Below are positions 1 through 9,946 of a stretch of 64,000 nt of DNA, piece after piece. The stretch lies in the IMG/VR virus record IMGVR_UViG_3300045988_135485; one strand, 5' to 3'. Source of the DNA: a virus. A program made the position numbers and the translations under genes. Within the stretch, counting starts at the first letter, position 1. Every line of letters starts with the position of its first letter. The notes beneath the pieces are model-generated. The model did not search any database. It was not told the origin of the DNA and saw only the letters and a program-made list of their open reading frames with translations.

Positions 1-614
1 AAATGCTGTCCATCCTTCAGGCTTATTCTACGAATTGTGAACTCATTAGGATTAGACGCATTATAATGCCTACTCCATATAAACCACCCATGATTATACA
101 TATTAGAGACGGTTTTTCCAGTATAACTATCTGCTCTCATCTTTAACCTTTCTTTTATAAGATATTCAGTCATCAGATGACCACCTGAAAGTATATCTTC
201 TCTGGTTTTAGAACTTTCTGAATAAGCGTGTCTAAGAAGCATTATGATAACGTCAGCTCCATATTTGAAAGCTTGCCTAATATAATTATCAGCAATGGAA
301 TAAGGTGGGTTTGTTAAAACAATAAAGGGTTCTTTAGGGACATATTCCTCAGCGTGGAAGAAATCCACCCCTCCGATACCAACACCTCTATCAATCAGGT
401 CGGTTTCCAGTATTTTATTAGAGAGATTATCTTTAAGAACCTTGGAAATAGCCCCTTTTCCGCAACTCGGTTCCCATATAGTATAAGCATAATGTATGCT
501 TAAATTAGCCAATAAGGCTCTTGTAGCTTCCGGAGGTGTTTCGAAAAAATCCTCTTTAGGACGTTCATAGCCTTCAGTTGTAATGGTATATAAACCTTTA
601 AAACCGTTATTTGC
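1..614 (-). CDS. DNA N6-adenine methyltransferase, truncated at the window edge (runs off position 1)
   Basis: My translation of the reverse strand from ATG at 614 gives MANNGFKGLYTIT...EPSCGKGAI (motif I-like) and LTNPPYSIADN (NPPY catalytic motif). The reading frame stays open to position 1. Confidence 0.7.
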
Positions 615-629
615 CATTCTGACTGTCTC

Positions 630-914
630 CTATTTTACTTTCGGGTCTTCCAAAATCTCTCTGTCAACCAAGTCATACAAACGGTCAAAACCCTCATCGT
701 CCCACTTATCTTTCTTTAACCTCTCTATTTCAGAAAGAATTTTCCGTTTAGCGAACGTTTGTTCTGTTATAAGCCTAAGTGCTTCATCTATTACATTAGT
801 TGCTTTCCTAATCTTCACACTAGCGGGTGCCAGATTAAAAATAGTATCACTAAGATTATCCTTATATTTATCATTATAGTTATTACCATTATCGAAAGGA
901 TTCCACCAACTCAT
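630..914 (-). CDS. hypothetical protein
   Basis: Tiled minus-strand ORF. No motif recognised. Confidence 0.35.
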   Translation of the reverse strand: MSWWNPFDNGNNYNDKYKDNLSDTIFNLAPASVKIRKATNVIDEALRLITEQTFAKRKILSEIERLKKDKWDDEGFDRLYDLVDREILEDPKVK

Positions 915-928
915 ATTATTTCTCCCAA

Positions 929-1777
929 TTAAATTGTTAAACTAAAAGTTCCTAATTTTTCCTGAGCCACGTCTATCTGTCCATTTCCAGCAAAAAAGTG
1001 TTCCTGAATATCCTTAACCGGTACAGGAATAAAACTGACCAGATTGTACCATGTCTGTAATTCTCCCGAATGATAGGCATCGGCTATTTTATTGGCTAAT
1101 ACTTCCGACAGTTCCTCTGCTAATAGATTCTCAAGACTACCCTGCATACTCTGTAAAAGGTCACTAAATAAAACAAGGTCTTCTTCTTTTCCATATTCAA
1201 GATAGAAGAATACAGTTAAGAAATCTTTAGCATAGTCACTTAACTTATTCCAAGCCGCTTCGCCGAACCCTTTCACTCCCGGTATATTATCAGAGGGGTC
1301 GCCGACTAACATTTTATAAGTCTTTACCCATTTTGGCTCTACCGCTGGTTCTTTAAGCGTTCCTATATTTGGAGAGATTCTTAACTGTGTCAGGTCTCGG
1401 TCAGTGGACACAATGTCCATCTTATCGTCATTAGAGGCCATTTTAACTGTAATAGTAGCTATAACGTCATCAGCTTCATATTCTGGAACCTCGACTGTTT
1501 TCACATTTATAGGAGCGTACTTAAGCAACTCCTTAAAAAACTTCATACCATCATAAATAGACTGGTCAGCAGGTTTCCTCTTCGCTTTATATGCAGGGTA
1601 AATAGCTTTCCTCTTTTTACGGGAATTGACACCATCAAAGATACAGAAGATAAGGTCTTTCTGGTTCGCACCAGCAAGAATTTCCTGCCACAATGTAAAA
1701 AGAGAGGCACCGCCCATAGATTCTGCCATCTTTACGCGCAGCCAGTTATTCATATCGTAGATTAAAATTCTTCGCAT
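929..1777 (-). CDS. 5'-3' exonuclease / flap endonuclease (PolI 5'-exo, T4 RNaseH, T5 D15 family)
   Basis: GDPSDNIPGVKGFGEAAW helix-3-turn-helix motif plus acidic clusters (EYEADDVIAT, STDRDL). Start moved to ATG 1777 (MRRILIY) behind a GGGAGA SD. The first 56 codons of the track ORF are low-complexity and overlap the upstream gene. Confidence 0.75.
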   Translation of the reverse strand: MRRILIYDMNNWLRVKMAESMGGASLFTLWQEILAGANQKDLIFCIFDGVNSRKKRKAIYPAYKAKRKPADQSIYDGMKFFKELLKYAPINVKTVEVPEYEADDVIATITVKMASNDDKMDIVSTDRDLTQLRISPNIGTLKEPAVEPKWVKTYKMLVGDPSDNIPGVKGFGEAAWNKLSDYAKDFLTVFFYLEYGKEEDLVLFSDLLQSMQGSLENLLAEELSEVLANKIADAYHSGELQTWYNLVSFIPVPVKDIQEHFFAGNGQIDVAQEKLGTFSLTI

Positions 1778-1886
1778 TTTATTCTCCCAAGAGCTAACAA
1801 GAAACCGACAAAAAACCAACAGGAAAAAGCAAATAGTTAAAAAAGGAGGGTAGTTCAGGCTACCCTCCGCCGTCAATAAGGACAGT

Positions 1887-2744
1887 CTAGAAAGGTTCCG
1901 AAACCAAGCCCAGATTATGAGCCTGTTCAAACGGAACATATTCAAAGTCTACCAAAGCCCAGTTATTAGAGTTTTTAGAAACATCTCTTCTGGTCAGTTT
2001 AACATAAACTTCTTCTCCGCGTTCTCTTACTTCCTGTGGCAGATTTCTGTAAAAGTCAACCCACGGCTTCCAGTTTGTCGTCGAGGTTGTATGACCGATT
2101 ACAGTCCCGACTGCGGCAACGGTATTACCGGAGAAGCCCTTTACTTCTTTAATAACAGTCATTGGTAAATCAACGCAGTTATAGGGTCTCGCTTTCGGGT
2201 CTTTTTTCTGAATATCGGCAACAGCCTCCAGCCAAGAGCCACCGGAAAGACAAACTTTACCGTCAACGGTAGAAGCATAAGATACCGGCTGGCCGCCTTT
2301 AATAGACAACTTGGCAACTACATTGCTAAGGTTAATGGCTACATAAATTTCTTTATCACCAACAACATCGTTACCAATAAAGGTCTGTTGATATTTTACC
2401 TTCAAATAGTTATCTACAACCATCTGATTAGACATAAGGTCATCCATCGTATAGGAAGTACCGTTAGCCGGGGCTGCCATCGCTTGATTGGAAACATTAT
2501 TTGTCGGGATATTTGCTGCTACGGGAGCTGTTACAGGAGCTGTTACAGGAGCTGCTACAGGAGCATTCATAAGTCCTGCTGCTGGGGGAATCGGAGCAGA
2601 GACCGGAGCTGCGGCCTGCTGAGCTAAAGCCTGAGAATTTTGATAAGCTTTATAAATTTCCCAATCAGCTGAATCTTCCGGACCCGGAACATTGCCTGTT
2701 TGTAAAAGCTGGTTGAAGTAATTAATTTTTTCAGGTGTCAACAT
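1887..2744 (-). CDS. hypothetical protein with Ala/Pro-rich linker (APVTAPVTAPVAA) and a C-terminal globular domain
   Basis: Long ORF. No catalytic motif recognised. Confidence 0.4.
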   Translation of the reverse strand: MLTPEKINYFNQLLQTGNVPGPEDSADWEIYKAYQNSQALAQQAAAPVSAPIPPAAGLMNAPVAAPVTAPVTAPVAANIPTNNVSNQAMAAPANGTSYTMDDLMSNQMVVDNYLKVKYQQTFIGNDVVGDKEIYVAINLSNVVAKLSIKGGQPVSYASTVDGKVCLSGGSWLEAVADIQKKDPKARPYNCVDLPMTVIKEVKGFSGNTVAAVGTVIGHTTSTTNWKPWVDFYRNLPQEVRERGEEVYVKLTRRDVSKNSNNWALVDFEYVPFEQAHNLGLVSEPF

Positions 2745-2940
2745 ATTATTTTCCTTTCAATATGTTTGTTCGGTTTGTTCAATTTTGGTGGGAGGGTCAT
2801 AAAGGCGCAAATTCCCTTTCCGTATTCCCTCCCATATTTCTGGTTCCTGCCAGTTGGTTTACTGACTTTAGCCGTCTCTAGGTATGGAACCAAAATACCT
2901 ATCACCTCTTATCGACGGTTAATTGATGACGAGATAATCT

Positions 2941-3186
2941 TTACAGCTTAGTATTCTTCTTGTCAAGTAAAAAATTTAATAATTTATTAACTTTTCCCTG
3001 TTTTTTCTTCAACTTTTCTTTCAATAACTCATTTACTATTAAATTGGCTACTATCCAAGAAGTATAACCGATGTCTTTAGTTTCGTTTAGGTCTTCTTCA
3101 GCATACATAATCCCTCTCTGGATAGCTAATAAAAGGTCATTCTTCTTAATGATTATTTCCTCACCATTAAATCTTTCATCTAACAT
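2941..3186 (-). CDS. hypothetical protein
   Basis: Tiled ORF. Confidence 0.3.
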   Translation of the reverse strand: MLDERFNGEEIIIKKNDLLLAIQRGIMYAEEDLNETKDIGYTSWIVANLIVNELLKEKLKKKQGKVNKLLNFLLDKKNTKL

Positions 3187-3955
3187 CTATCTTCTCCTTT
3201 ATGGCCCTTTGTTCTCTTTCAGTAGGAGTATTATAAGCGGCGATTCCTGATTCGTTATACATTACTTGTCCTTTGTCTGTGGATAACTCGAATTTGTAAG
3301 TATAATCTCCTTCCGTATGTTCTTTTAAACAATAGGCTATAGAATTGTCTACGAGTTTATAAAAATGTCCTACTTCCGGCTTTATTTTCTTTCTGCGTAA
3401 GACATACCAGTAATCTGAAGAAGTATCAATAGCAGCATTAACCATAAGCAGGTTACTTTCTCCTGTAAAATCATCTTTGTAAAAACGGCACAGGATATTG
3501 TCTTGTAATTTATAGAAGAAGTTAGAGCCTTTGCAAAAAACAGTAGAGCCTTTAGATAATTCGTATGTAATAGTATCTTTAGAGATAAAAACTTTCTCAA
3601 AACCATTAAATGTCTCTTGTGGGGGGGTCATTTCTTTCTCAAATTCGATATTACTGGAACTATCGTTTTGGCTATTGTTTTGGCTGTTGCAATAGGCATC
3701 ATAAAGAGATGTACTGGAAGAATTATTATAAGATTCATCTGATACTTCTCCTTTACCTTTTTCCATAAGCCTAAGCATAAATTCTCTTACCTTATCATTT
3801 CTTATGCTTGTCTCTTTTCGCGTTAAAATGTTAAGAACTGTACCATAACAAATTCCTTCGTCTTTACACAGTCCTTTTAAAGAATTATAGCCTTCTGCCT
3901 TTAATCCTTTATAGATTGCATCTCTATCAATATTGTAAACCCTATATTTTCTCAT
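3176..3955 (-). CDS. hypothetical protein
   Basis: 259-aa ORF with a Ser/Asn-rich linker. Confidence 0.4.
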   Translation of the reverse strand: MRKYRVYNIDRDAIYKGLKAEGYNSLKGLCKDEGICYGTVLNILTRKETSIRNDKVREFMLRLMEKGKGEVSDESYNNSSSTSLYDAYCNSQNNSQNDSSSNIEFEKEMTPPQETFNGFEKVFISKDTITYELSKGSTVFCKGSNFFYKLQDNILCRFYKDDFTGESNLLMVNAAIDTSSDYWYVLRRKKIKPEVGHFYKLVDNSIAYCLKEHTEGDYTYKFELSTDKGQVMYNESGIAAYNTPTEREQRAIKEKIDVR

Positions 3956-4286
3956 ATTAATTCTCCTTTATAATTCTACTTATAACTCTACTTGTAACTC
4001 TCACAATTCTTTTTCAAAGACTACGACCATAAATAATAGGTCAATTTCAAAGACCGCAGTCTCTTCCAATTCATACCAACAAAAACCAAAAAGAAGTCCG
4101 TTTTGCAAAAAACCAAATCTAACTGTCATAATCTTTTACTCCATCTTAATCCATTTTTATTCATATAACGCATAAGCCAAAGAATATGCTTATCACTAAG
4201 CACAGGAAATAGCTCATTACCATAATAATCAACTAAATTTATGTGCTTATATTTTATAGCTCTACATAAAATAAGATATTTTTTAT

Positions 4287-4625
4287 TCATTGTTCTTCAC
4301 TTTTCCTTAGTATAGTATTGATACGTTTTAATAATTTTTCATCCTCTTCATGACCAACAGTGGTCATTTCCATACAAAGAAGAACTCTTTCTTTACACTC
4401 TTTCAACAAATCTAAAAGTTCACCATATCTATTTACTTTATCAACAAAATCTTGCAAACTTGAACAACCCGGACATTCTACTTTATCGCCGTTCGGGAAT
4501 CGAAAAGCGAAAGTAAAATTTAAATTATTTACTGTAGTCACAAGCCTACCATCAGTTTTAAAATATTCAGTAGTATCTGCACCTTTTCTTACCAATAATC
4601 TTTCATCAGTCATTTTTTTTCTCAC
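4287..4625 (-). CDS. hypothetical protein
   Basis: Tiled ORF. A further 54-aa ORF (about 4126-4290) overlaps its stop by ATGA. Confidence 0.35.
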   Translation of the reverse strand: MRKKMTDERLLVRKGADTTEYFKTDGRLVTTVNNLNFTFAFRFPNGDKVECPGCSSLQDFVDKVNRYGELLDLLKECKERVLLCMEMTTVGHEEDEKLLKRINTILRKSEEQ

Positions 4626-4741
4626 TTTCTAGTAAACCACCAAATTAAAAATGTTATGCAGAGAATTAATACTATTACTGCATAGGATTCCTCTGTTGCA
4701 GGACAAACACATTTACCGTAAGTTATCATCTTTTCCTCACT

Positions 4742-5101
4742 TTACTTCAAAAAATTGAATTTCTTAAAGAAACTGAATATTTTATCAAGTGTCATCAGCT
4801 TTTCTCTTTCTTTCAACTGGATGCAAGCCTTAACCTGTTCCTGAAATTTTTTCTCGGCCTTGAAAAACAGAGGGACGGGAACGAGTAATTTTCTTTCAAT
4901 GTAGATTGTATCTCCGTTGGGCATTTCCACAAAAGTACGTTCTCCAGTTCCATCGTTAGAAAAAAGTCCCTTCACCAAGTCAATTTTCTCTCTGACAACC
5001 ATTTTCCCAGAAGTTTTAAATTCCGTAAATGCTATGTGTATATCTGCAATAGCCTTAAACTTTTTCGGGAGAAAAAAGTATTTATACTTATACTGGTTCA
5101 T
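4742..5101 (-). CDS. hypothetical protein
   Basis: Tiled ORF. Confidence 0.35.
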   Translation of the reverse strand: MNQYKYKYFFLPKKFKAIADIHIAFTEFKTSGKMVVREKIDLVKGLFSNDGTGERTFVEMPNGDTIYIERKLLVPVPLFFKAEKKFQEQVKACIQLKEREKLMTLDKIFSFFKKFNFLK

Positions 5102-5406
5102 TTTTCCTCACTTTCATGTTTAGCGATACAAAACCTTTTAACCGCAGATGTTATCCGAATAACGTCTTCGGTATCACAATTAAAGGTAATCCCTCTTGCG
5201 ACCATTTCCAAAAGGTTAAACATTTGTTTATTTTCCTCCTTTAATCGCTGCAACTCGTCATAATCACAAGGCGCGAGAACTTCTATAACATCTTCATGTT
5301 CACAAAATGCCCAAAGTTTCACATCTGACCGCCACCAAGCAAGTACAACTCTGTTATCTTTTAATTTTACGAAATAATATCCTAATTTCCGTGTGTTATC
5401 GTTCAT
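5098..5406 (-). CDS. hypothetical protein
   Basis: Tiled ORF with a 4-bp overlap with its neighbours. Confidence 0.35.
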   Translation of the reverse strand: MNDNTRKLGYYFVKLKDNRVVLAWWRSDVKLWAFCEHEDVIEVLAPCDYDELQRLKEENKQMFNLLEMVARGITFNCDTEDVIRITSAVKRFCIAKHESEEK

Positions 5407-6029
5407 TTTTCCTCACTTTCACCGAGAGCGACTTTAATTTGTGGATAAAGCAGGTTTTCGTGACTATCAGTATATCCCCAGATGTCGATATAGCGCAGGC
5501 ACTCTTTCAGCAATCCTCGAAGTTTTTCAATTTCTGACCGCTGGTTTGTAATAATACCTTTGGCTTCATAATTAAGCTTTTCCCGTTCCTCAACCTCAGT
5601 CCTAAGTTTGATAATACTATCACTCTGAACTGTCTGATACCAACGAGAAGATTCTAGGTCTATTCTTTGGTCAGCAACTTTTTCTTTAAGTTCATCAAGC
5701 TCTTTTTTCAGCTGTTCCTTATCATCAAGAAGCTTATTAACTATTTCACAAGCAGTATCATAGTCAATCGGTTTACCGACATAGCTTGTAACAACACGTC
5801 TAAGTTTAACAAGCTCTGCTCGCATAACCATATACTTGCCATAGGTAGGAACGTGAGAAAGGATTTTAACACAGTTGGCAGGATTTAATCTGTCCCATCG
5901 ACTTACAAAAATATTTTTATTTATATCTTGATAATAAAAATATCCTCTGCTGTATTTATTAAGCTTCCATTCATTTGTTAGCTTCTTTGATAATTTCTCT
6001 GCTGCTTTTTTATTAAATGTTTTAACCAT
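5403..6029 (-). CDS. hypothetical coiled-coil protein
   Basis: Heptad-like K/E-rich segment (KEQLKKELDELKEKVADQRIDLE). Confidence 0.35.
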   Translation of the reverse strand: MVKTFNKKAAEKLSKKLTNEWKLNKYSRGYFYYQDINKNIFVSRWDRLNPANCVKILSHVPTYGKYMVMRAELVKLRRVVTSYVGKPIDYDTACEIVNKLLDDKEQLKKELDELKEKVADQRIDLESSRWYQTVQSDSIIKLRTEVEEREKLNYEAKGIITNQRSEIEKLRGLLKECLRYIDIWGYTDSHENLLYPQIKVALGESEEK

Positions 6030-6364
6030 TAAATATCCTCCTTATCTAATCCTAGAACTTCATAAACTTTTATCATTTGTTCCAACGTGGGGTTAATATT
6101 ACGGAATTTGTGGAAAAGAGCTTTAAACATCTTATCAGCCTGTCTATTGTCTTTAGCTGCTTGTTCACTTTCCCAGAGATGACCATGCGGGTATTCTCCG
6201 CGATAATTGGTTTCTTTATCGAATTTTCCGTGCCAACCATATTTTTCAACTGTATAATATAAACGACCCACTTTCTCAATTGTACAGTTAAAGCCTTTAT
6301 CTCTCGGGTCTGATGGTTCAAACCATACTTCTTGACCTACTTTAAACATCTTTCTTATCCTCAT
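6029..6364 (-). CDS. hypothetical protein
   Basis: Tiled ORF. Confidence 0.35.
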   Translation of the reverse strand: MRIRKMFKVGQEVWFEPSDPRDKGFNCTIEKVGRLYYTVEKYGWHGKFDKETNYRGEYPHGHLWESEQAAKDNRQADKMFKALFHKFRNINPTLEQMIKVYEVLGLDKEDI

Positions 6365-6743
6365 AAAAATTTACTTCATCTCTGCGGACGGGGCGGCAGT
6401 GGTCAAAATAAGTTACAGCAACATTCTTGCCTTTATACCTGCCGAATTGGCTTTCCCAAGAATCATAATCAGCTAATAGTCCGGCTACTTTCTTTTCTTC
6501 TTCCAAATCCCAAAACCAGCAAAGGCACTTGTGGTCAATGATATATTGCCAGTCTGGCTCTGGGTCTTGGTGTAGCTCCCATCGGTTTGAAAAAATATCA
6601 CTTACGGATAAACTACAAAGAAAATCATTATCAGTAGCAACTAAACTACCTTTTTTTTGAATATACTTGTCTTTTTCCCAATTATTACATCTAATCTTTG
6701 CCCCTTTTCTGAACTCGGGCAGCAGTTCTTCTAAATATGTCAT
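6342..6743 (-). CDS. hypothetical protein
   Basis: Tiled ORF. Confidence 0.35.
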   Translation of the reverse strand: MTYLEELLPEFRKGAKIRCNNWEKDKYIQKKGSLVATDNDFLCSLSVSDIFSNRWELHQDPEPDWQYIIDHKCLCWFWDLEEEKKVAGLLADYDSWESQFGRYKGKNVAVTYFDHCRPVRRDEVNFYEDKKDV

Positions 6744-7000
6744 TATTTACCTACCTTTCGTAACGACGTTTCCCAATCATCAACGGGGATAATATCAAAT
6801 ATATCATTTAACCTAATTACCGGTGTGGTTATAAAGGCACCCCAATATCCCTCAAACCAATATTTAACTGGCTCTTCTGAATACCAAAACCAAATTTTAT
6901 CTCCATCCATAGCCACCCAGCCCGAGCGCATTTTAGGCGCTATATCCCGCATAAATTCATCAATCGACATTGTCTTTAATATCCTAAAAAAATTAAACAT
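6743..7000 (-). CDS. hypothetical protein
   Basis: Tiled ORF. Confidence 0.3.
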   Translation of the reverse strand: MFNFFRILKTMSIDEFMRDIAPKMRSGWVAMDGDKIWFWYSEEPVKYWFEGYWGAFITTPVIRLNDIFDIIPVDDWETSLRKVGK

Positions 7001-7116
7001 TGCTTTTGGGGGTTGAATATTCTCATAAGATAAAGAATTGAGAACACCTCATGCTCGTACAACCAGCCGCCTCCAAGCGCATATTTATTATTTGGGAGTT
7101 TGTCGAGATATTTAGA

Positions 7117-7584
7117 TCACATTAAATTTGATTTTGCAGAACTTAACAATCTGTCGAACTGCGACCTTTTATCAAATTCATCAGAACTTTCTTCTTGCAT
7201 AAGGCCTTGATAGTGAGCCTGTACTTTTTCTTTAAAAATTGTTGCTAATGCTTGCAAAATACCCGGTTTTGCAATAAAAAGTTCATTTTCCTGATTGTAA
7301 TATTCATGAATTTCTTTATTGCGGAACAAAGGCCTCATAAAAGGTTTTAACCTATTTCTATAGTCAATATATTTTCCCATTTCAAAAGCTTCCTCTGCTC
7401 CAGCCTCTTCTAAAACATCACCCCAATACGGCAGTTCTTCACCCTCAAAAGGCTTTTGTTTAGAGAATTCCCATAGTTCAGCTTTCATCATTTTACGGAT
7501 TTTGTTAATGTCTTTTTTGTTCGCGACATACAAATAATTTCTATATCCCATTAGTCTTGCTCCTTCATACAAAATATTCCACAT
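7117..7584 (-). CDS. hypothetical protein
   Basis: Tiled ORF directly downstream of the PP-loop gene. Confidence 0.35.
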   Translation of the reverse strand: MWNILYEGARLMGYRNYLYVANKKDINKIRKMMKAELWEFSKQKPFEGEELPYWGDVLEEAGAEEAFEMGKYIDYRNRLKPFMRPLFRNKEIHEYYNQENELFIAKPGILQALATIFKEKVQAHYQGLMQEESSDEFDKRSQFDRLLSSAKSNLM

Positions 7585-8327
7585 TCAACATAACAATCTT
7601 TAGGTTTTCTCCCTTTCATATCGGGGCTTAATTCGTCTAAGAAAATATGCCGAGGATTTTTATTTGCTCCCAAATCAACCAAACGGCACCCTAAACGGCG
7701 AGATTGTTCTGCGCGTTTTTTAAAAACATCAGGGAAGTTTTTACGCACTAAATTCCAATACCAAACAGAACCTGATTTTACACACCCTATACAGTTGGCA
7801 TTTGGGAACTCGTATTTGGTATATATTTCAGGAAGTTTAATCCCTGCGCTTTCCATTTCAGCAAAACAACGATGTTTATCGTATCCATTGTAAATAAGTG
7901 GACATTCAAGAGTATATCCGATGTTCTTTTTGCTTTTTCTGAATCCTTCTGCACGCTTTTCTTCGCCCTTGGTATATCCCATAACAATAATATCTTTTTC
8001 TTTATCAAAGTTGTTTTTTCTTTCCCACTCCATACGCGCTACCTGCTTAAGTTCAAACGTGCAAGGCGCAAATCCTGATGCGTTACTGACAAACTCATAA
8101 TCTTCAAATACTTCTTCGATGTCGCAGTTCTCATAACACGGGTTTATTGCTTTTTCTATTTTAACTCCAAGCCATTTTTCACAGTCTTTTAAGAAACGAA
8201 TATTATCTTGATGTTCGTTTGCTACTGGATTATTTACTACGCGGATATTGTCTTTGTCATACTTCTCAATAGCAAGTTTCGTCGCTACTGCACTTGCAGC
8301 CCCGCAAGAAAAATAACAAACAATCAT
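7551..8327 (-). CDS. PAPS-reductase-like PP-loop ATP pyrophosphatase family protein (CysH/DndC-like)
   Basis: N-terminal YFSCGAASAV resembles the SGGxDS PP-loop. C-terminal Cys cluster CYVECGIFC resembles the CysH-family EC-G-x-H/C tail. Confidence 0.5.
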   Translation of the reverse strand: MIVCYFSCGAASAVATKLAIEKYDKDNIRVVNNPVANEHQDNIRFLKDCEKWLGVKIEKAINPCYENCDIEEVFEDYEFVSNASGFAPCTFELKQVARMEWERKNNFDKEKDIIVMGYTKGEEKRAEGFRKSKKNIGYTLECPLIYNGYDKHRCFAEMESAGIKLPEIYTKYEFPNANCIGCVKSGSVWYWNLVRKNFPDVFKKRAEQSRRLGCRLVDLGANKNPRHIFLDELSPDMKGRKPKDCYVECGIFCMKEQD

Positions 8328-8551
8328 TCCTTAAACTCCTTGCTATTAACTGCCTCTTGCCAAGTCGGGTATTCTGCAATCAGTTTTAATTCTGTTTGAA
8401 CTGTCTTTTTCCAAAGCCTTTCTGTATACCCGTTTGGAAATATGAAATATACCCAGCTAAAAGGTGATTTTGTTTCATCAACCCGTATCACCACAACGCG
8501 TCCTTTTGTTACTGCTAATTCAAAAATTTGTCCTACTTTAATCATCGCCAT
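8324..8551 (-). CDS. hypothetical protein
   Basis: Tiled ORF. Confidence 0.3.
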   Translation of the reverse strand: MAMIKVGQIFELAVTKGRVVVIRVDETKSPFSWVYFIFPNGYTERLWKKTVQTELKLIAEYPTWQEAVNSKEFKE

Positions 8552-8713
8552 AATCTCCTTGTTATTAAAAAGACCTAAAAAAAATAAGGGCTATAAAGTC
8601 CAGAAATAAAAGCTCAATCATTCCTGCTAAAAGATAGATTAGATATTCATCATTAAATCTTCTTCTTTGTAAAATGTCACAAATTATACAAAGAAGAAGA
8701 ACCGTCCATATAA

Positions 8714-8953
8714 TCATAGCTTTTTCTCCTTTCCACATTTAGCACAAACTACTTTATAATGAGGACATTTTTTACATCTTCGAAAAAAGCAACCGGTACA
8801 ATCTGGGTTTCCTTCACAGACATTAATCCACTCATGCCTACAAAGTAATTTCTTAACCCAACTGGTAATTTTTGGTCTAGTCCCAAAAAGCTTTTTCTTT
8901 CTTTCAAGCATTAGTGTCGACATCTTCTTTCTTCTCCAAACACCCATCTTCAT
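8714..8953 (-). CDS. Cys-rich zinc-finger protein
   Basis: CxxC/CxH pairs (CRHEWINVCEGNPDCTGCFFRRCKKCPHYKVVCAKCG). Confidence 0.4.
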   Translation of the reverse strand: MKMGVWRRKKMSTLMLERKKKLFGTRPKITSWVKKLLCRHEWINVCEGNPDCTGCFFRRCKKCPHYKVVCAKCGKEKKL

Positions 8954-9098
8954 TATATTTTCTCTTAGGAAAAATACCGTTAGGATAGGTAATGTCTATT
9001 ACTTCTCCACAGTTAGGGCAAACTATTGTTGGAACTAACAAGGGAAGGTCTATCTTATTAAAGCATTTTGGACACTGGATTGTTCCATAATTATCCAT
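8904..9098 (-). CDS. zinc-ribbon protein
   Basis: Two CxxC pairs (CPKC...CPNC). Confidence 0.4.
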   Translation of the reverse strand: MDNYGTIQCPKCFNKIDLPLLVPTIVCPNCGEVIDITYPNGIFPKRKYNEDGCLEKKEDVDTNA

Positions 9099-9531
9099 TC
9101 TTTTTCTCCTTTTGAAATTCCTTTAAACGCTCATAATCTACCAGAGCTTCTTTAAAAAATACCAAGCGGAACTCAGGTGTTTCGCCTAAACATTCTTTAA
9201 TGAAAGCATTAACTCCTGAATCAATTTCTGCTCTTAAAAACGAAGTGAAAAGGTTTTCATACAAAACTAATTCCTCAGCAAGTCTATCAATTACTTGGTC
9301 TCTTCTATTTTCTAGCTTTGTATCCATCATAGAATATGCAGTTTCAAGCGTAATCTTTTCTCCAGTTCTATAAAATCTAGCCGACTGTGTTCCCGGATAC
9401 ACGTCGAACTCCAAGCTACTACAGCGATAAACACCTTCAGTTTTCTTTACTAAAAGGTCTTTATACTTTGGTAAATCGTACTTTTCAAAAGATTCTCTCA
9501 AAAGCTGTTTCGTTTCTCTACTAAATTGCAT
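9091..9531 (-). CDS. hypothetical protein
   Basis: Tiled ORF. Confidence 0.35.
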   Translation of the reverse strand: MQFSRETKQLLRESFEKYDLPKYKDLLVKKTEGVYRCSSLEFDVYPGTQSARFYRTGEKITLETAYSMMDTKLENRRDQVIDRLAEELVLYENLFTSFLRAEIDSGVNAFIKECLGETPEFRLVFFKEALVDYERLKEFQKEKKNG

Positions 9532-9863
9532 TATTTTTCTCCTAAAATACTTCTAATTAACATTACGATTTTGAATCCGTTGGGGTCATTCTCCACAGCA
9601 GAGGCAATATAGGCTATTACCTCTTCTTTAGTTAAGTCCAACCTCATTTTCGGCTTTATTTTAAATCGTTTTTTACAATAATATTTGCTCCAATATTCTT
9701 TGGCTTTTTTACGTTTATATAAATCTACACTATCTGGTACTTTAAATATCCTCCTAGTTCTTTTAGCCAAATTAACCATAAACCACCAATGCCGTTCAGC
9801 ATAAGCTTTTTCTTCTAACAGTTCGCTAATTTTCTCACGAAAGCAATCTATCTGGTAAAGCAT
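9531..9863 (-). CDS. hypothetical basic protein
   Basis: Tiled ORF. Confidence 0.3.
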   Translation of the reverse strand: MLYQIDCFREKISELLEEKAYAERHWWFMVNLAKRTRRIFKVPDSVDLYKRKKAKEYWSKYYCKKRFKIKPKMRLDLTKEEVIAYIASAVENDPNGFKIVMLIRSILGEK

Positions 9864-9946
9864 AGTTCCAATTAAATGGTCATTTTCATAAGCAACCGAA
9901 CCCTTTAAAGCTTTCTTTTTCTGCTTCTAATTTCTCTTCCCAATAT

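Noticed and set aside
583-879. 98-aa plus-strand ORF
   Set aside because: It is antisense to the methyltransferase and the 630-914 gene, hydrophobic and low-complexity, with no SD.
1917-2168. Short plus-strand ORFs inside the minus-strand early arm (for example 1917-2168, 2388-2627, 10659-11015, 11613-11963)
   Set aside because: All are embedded antisense in longer, motif-bearing minus-strand genes and lack SD sequences.
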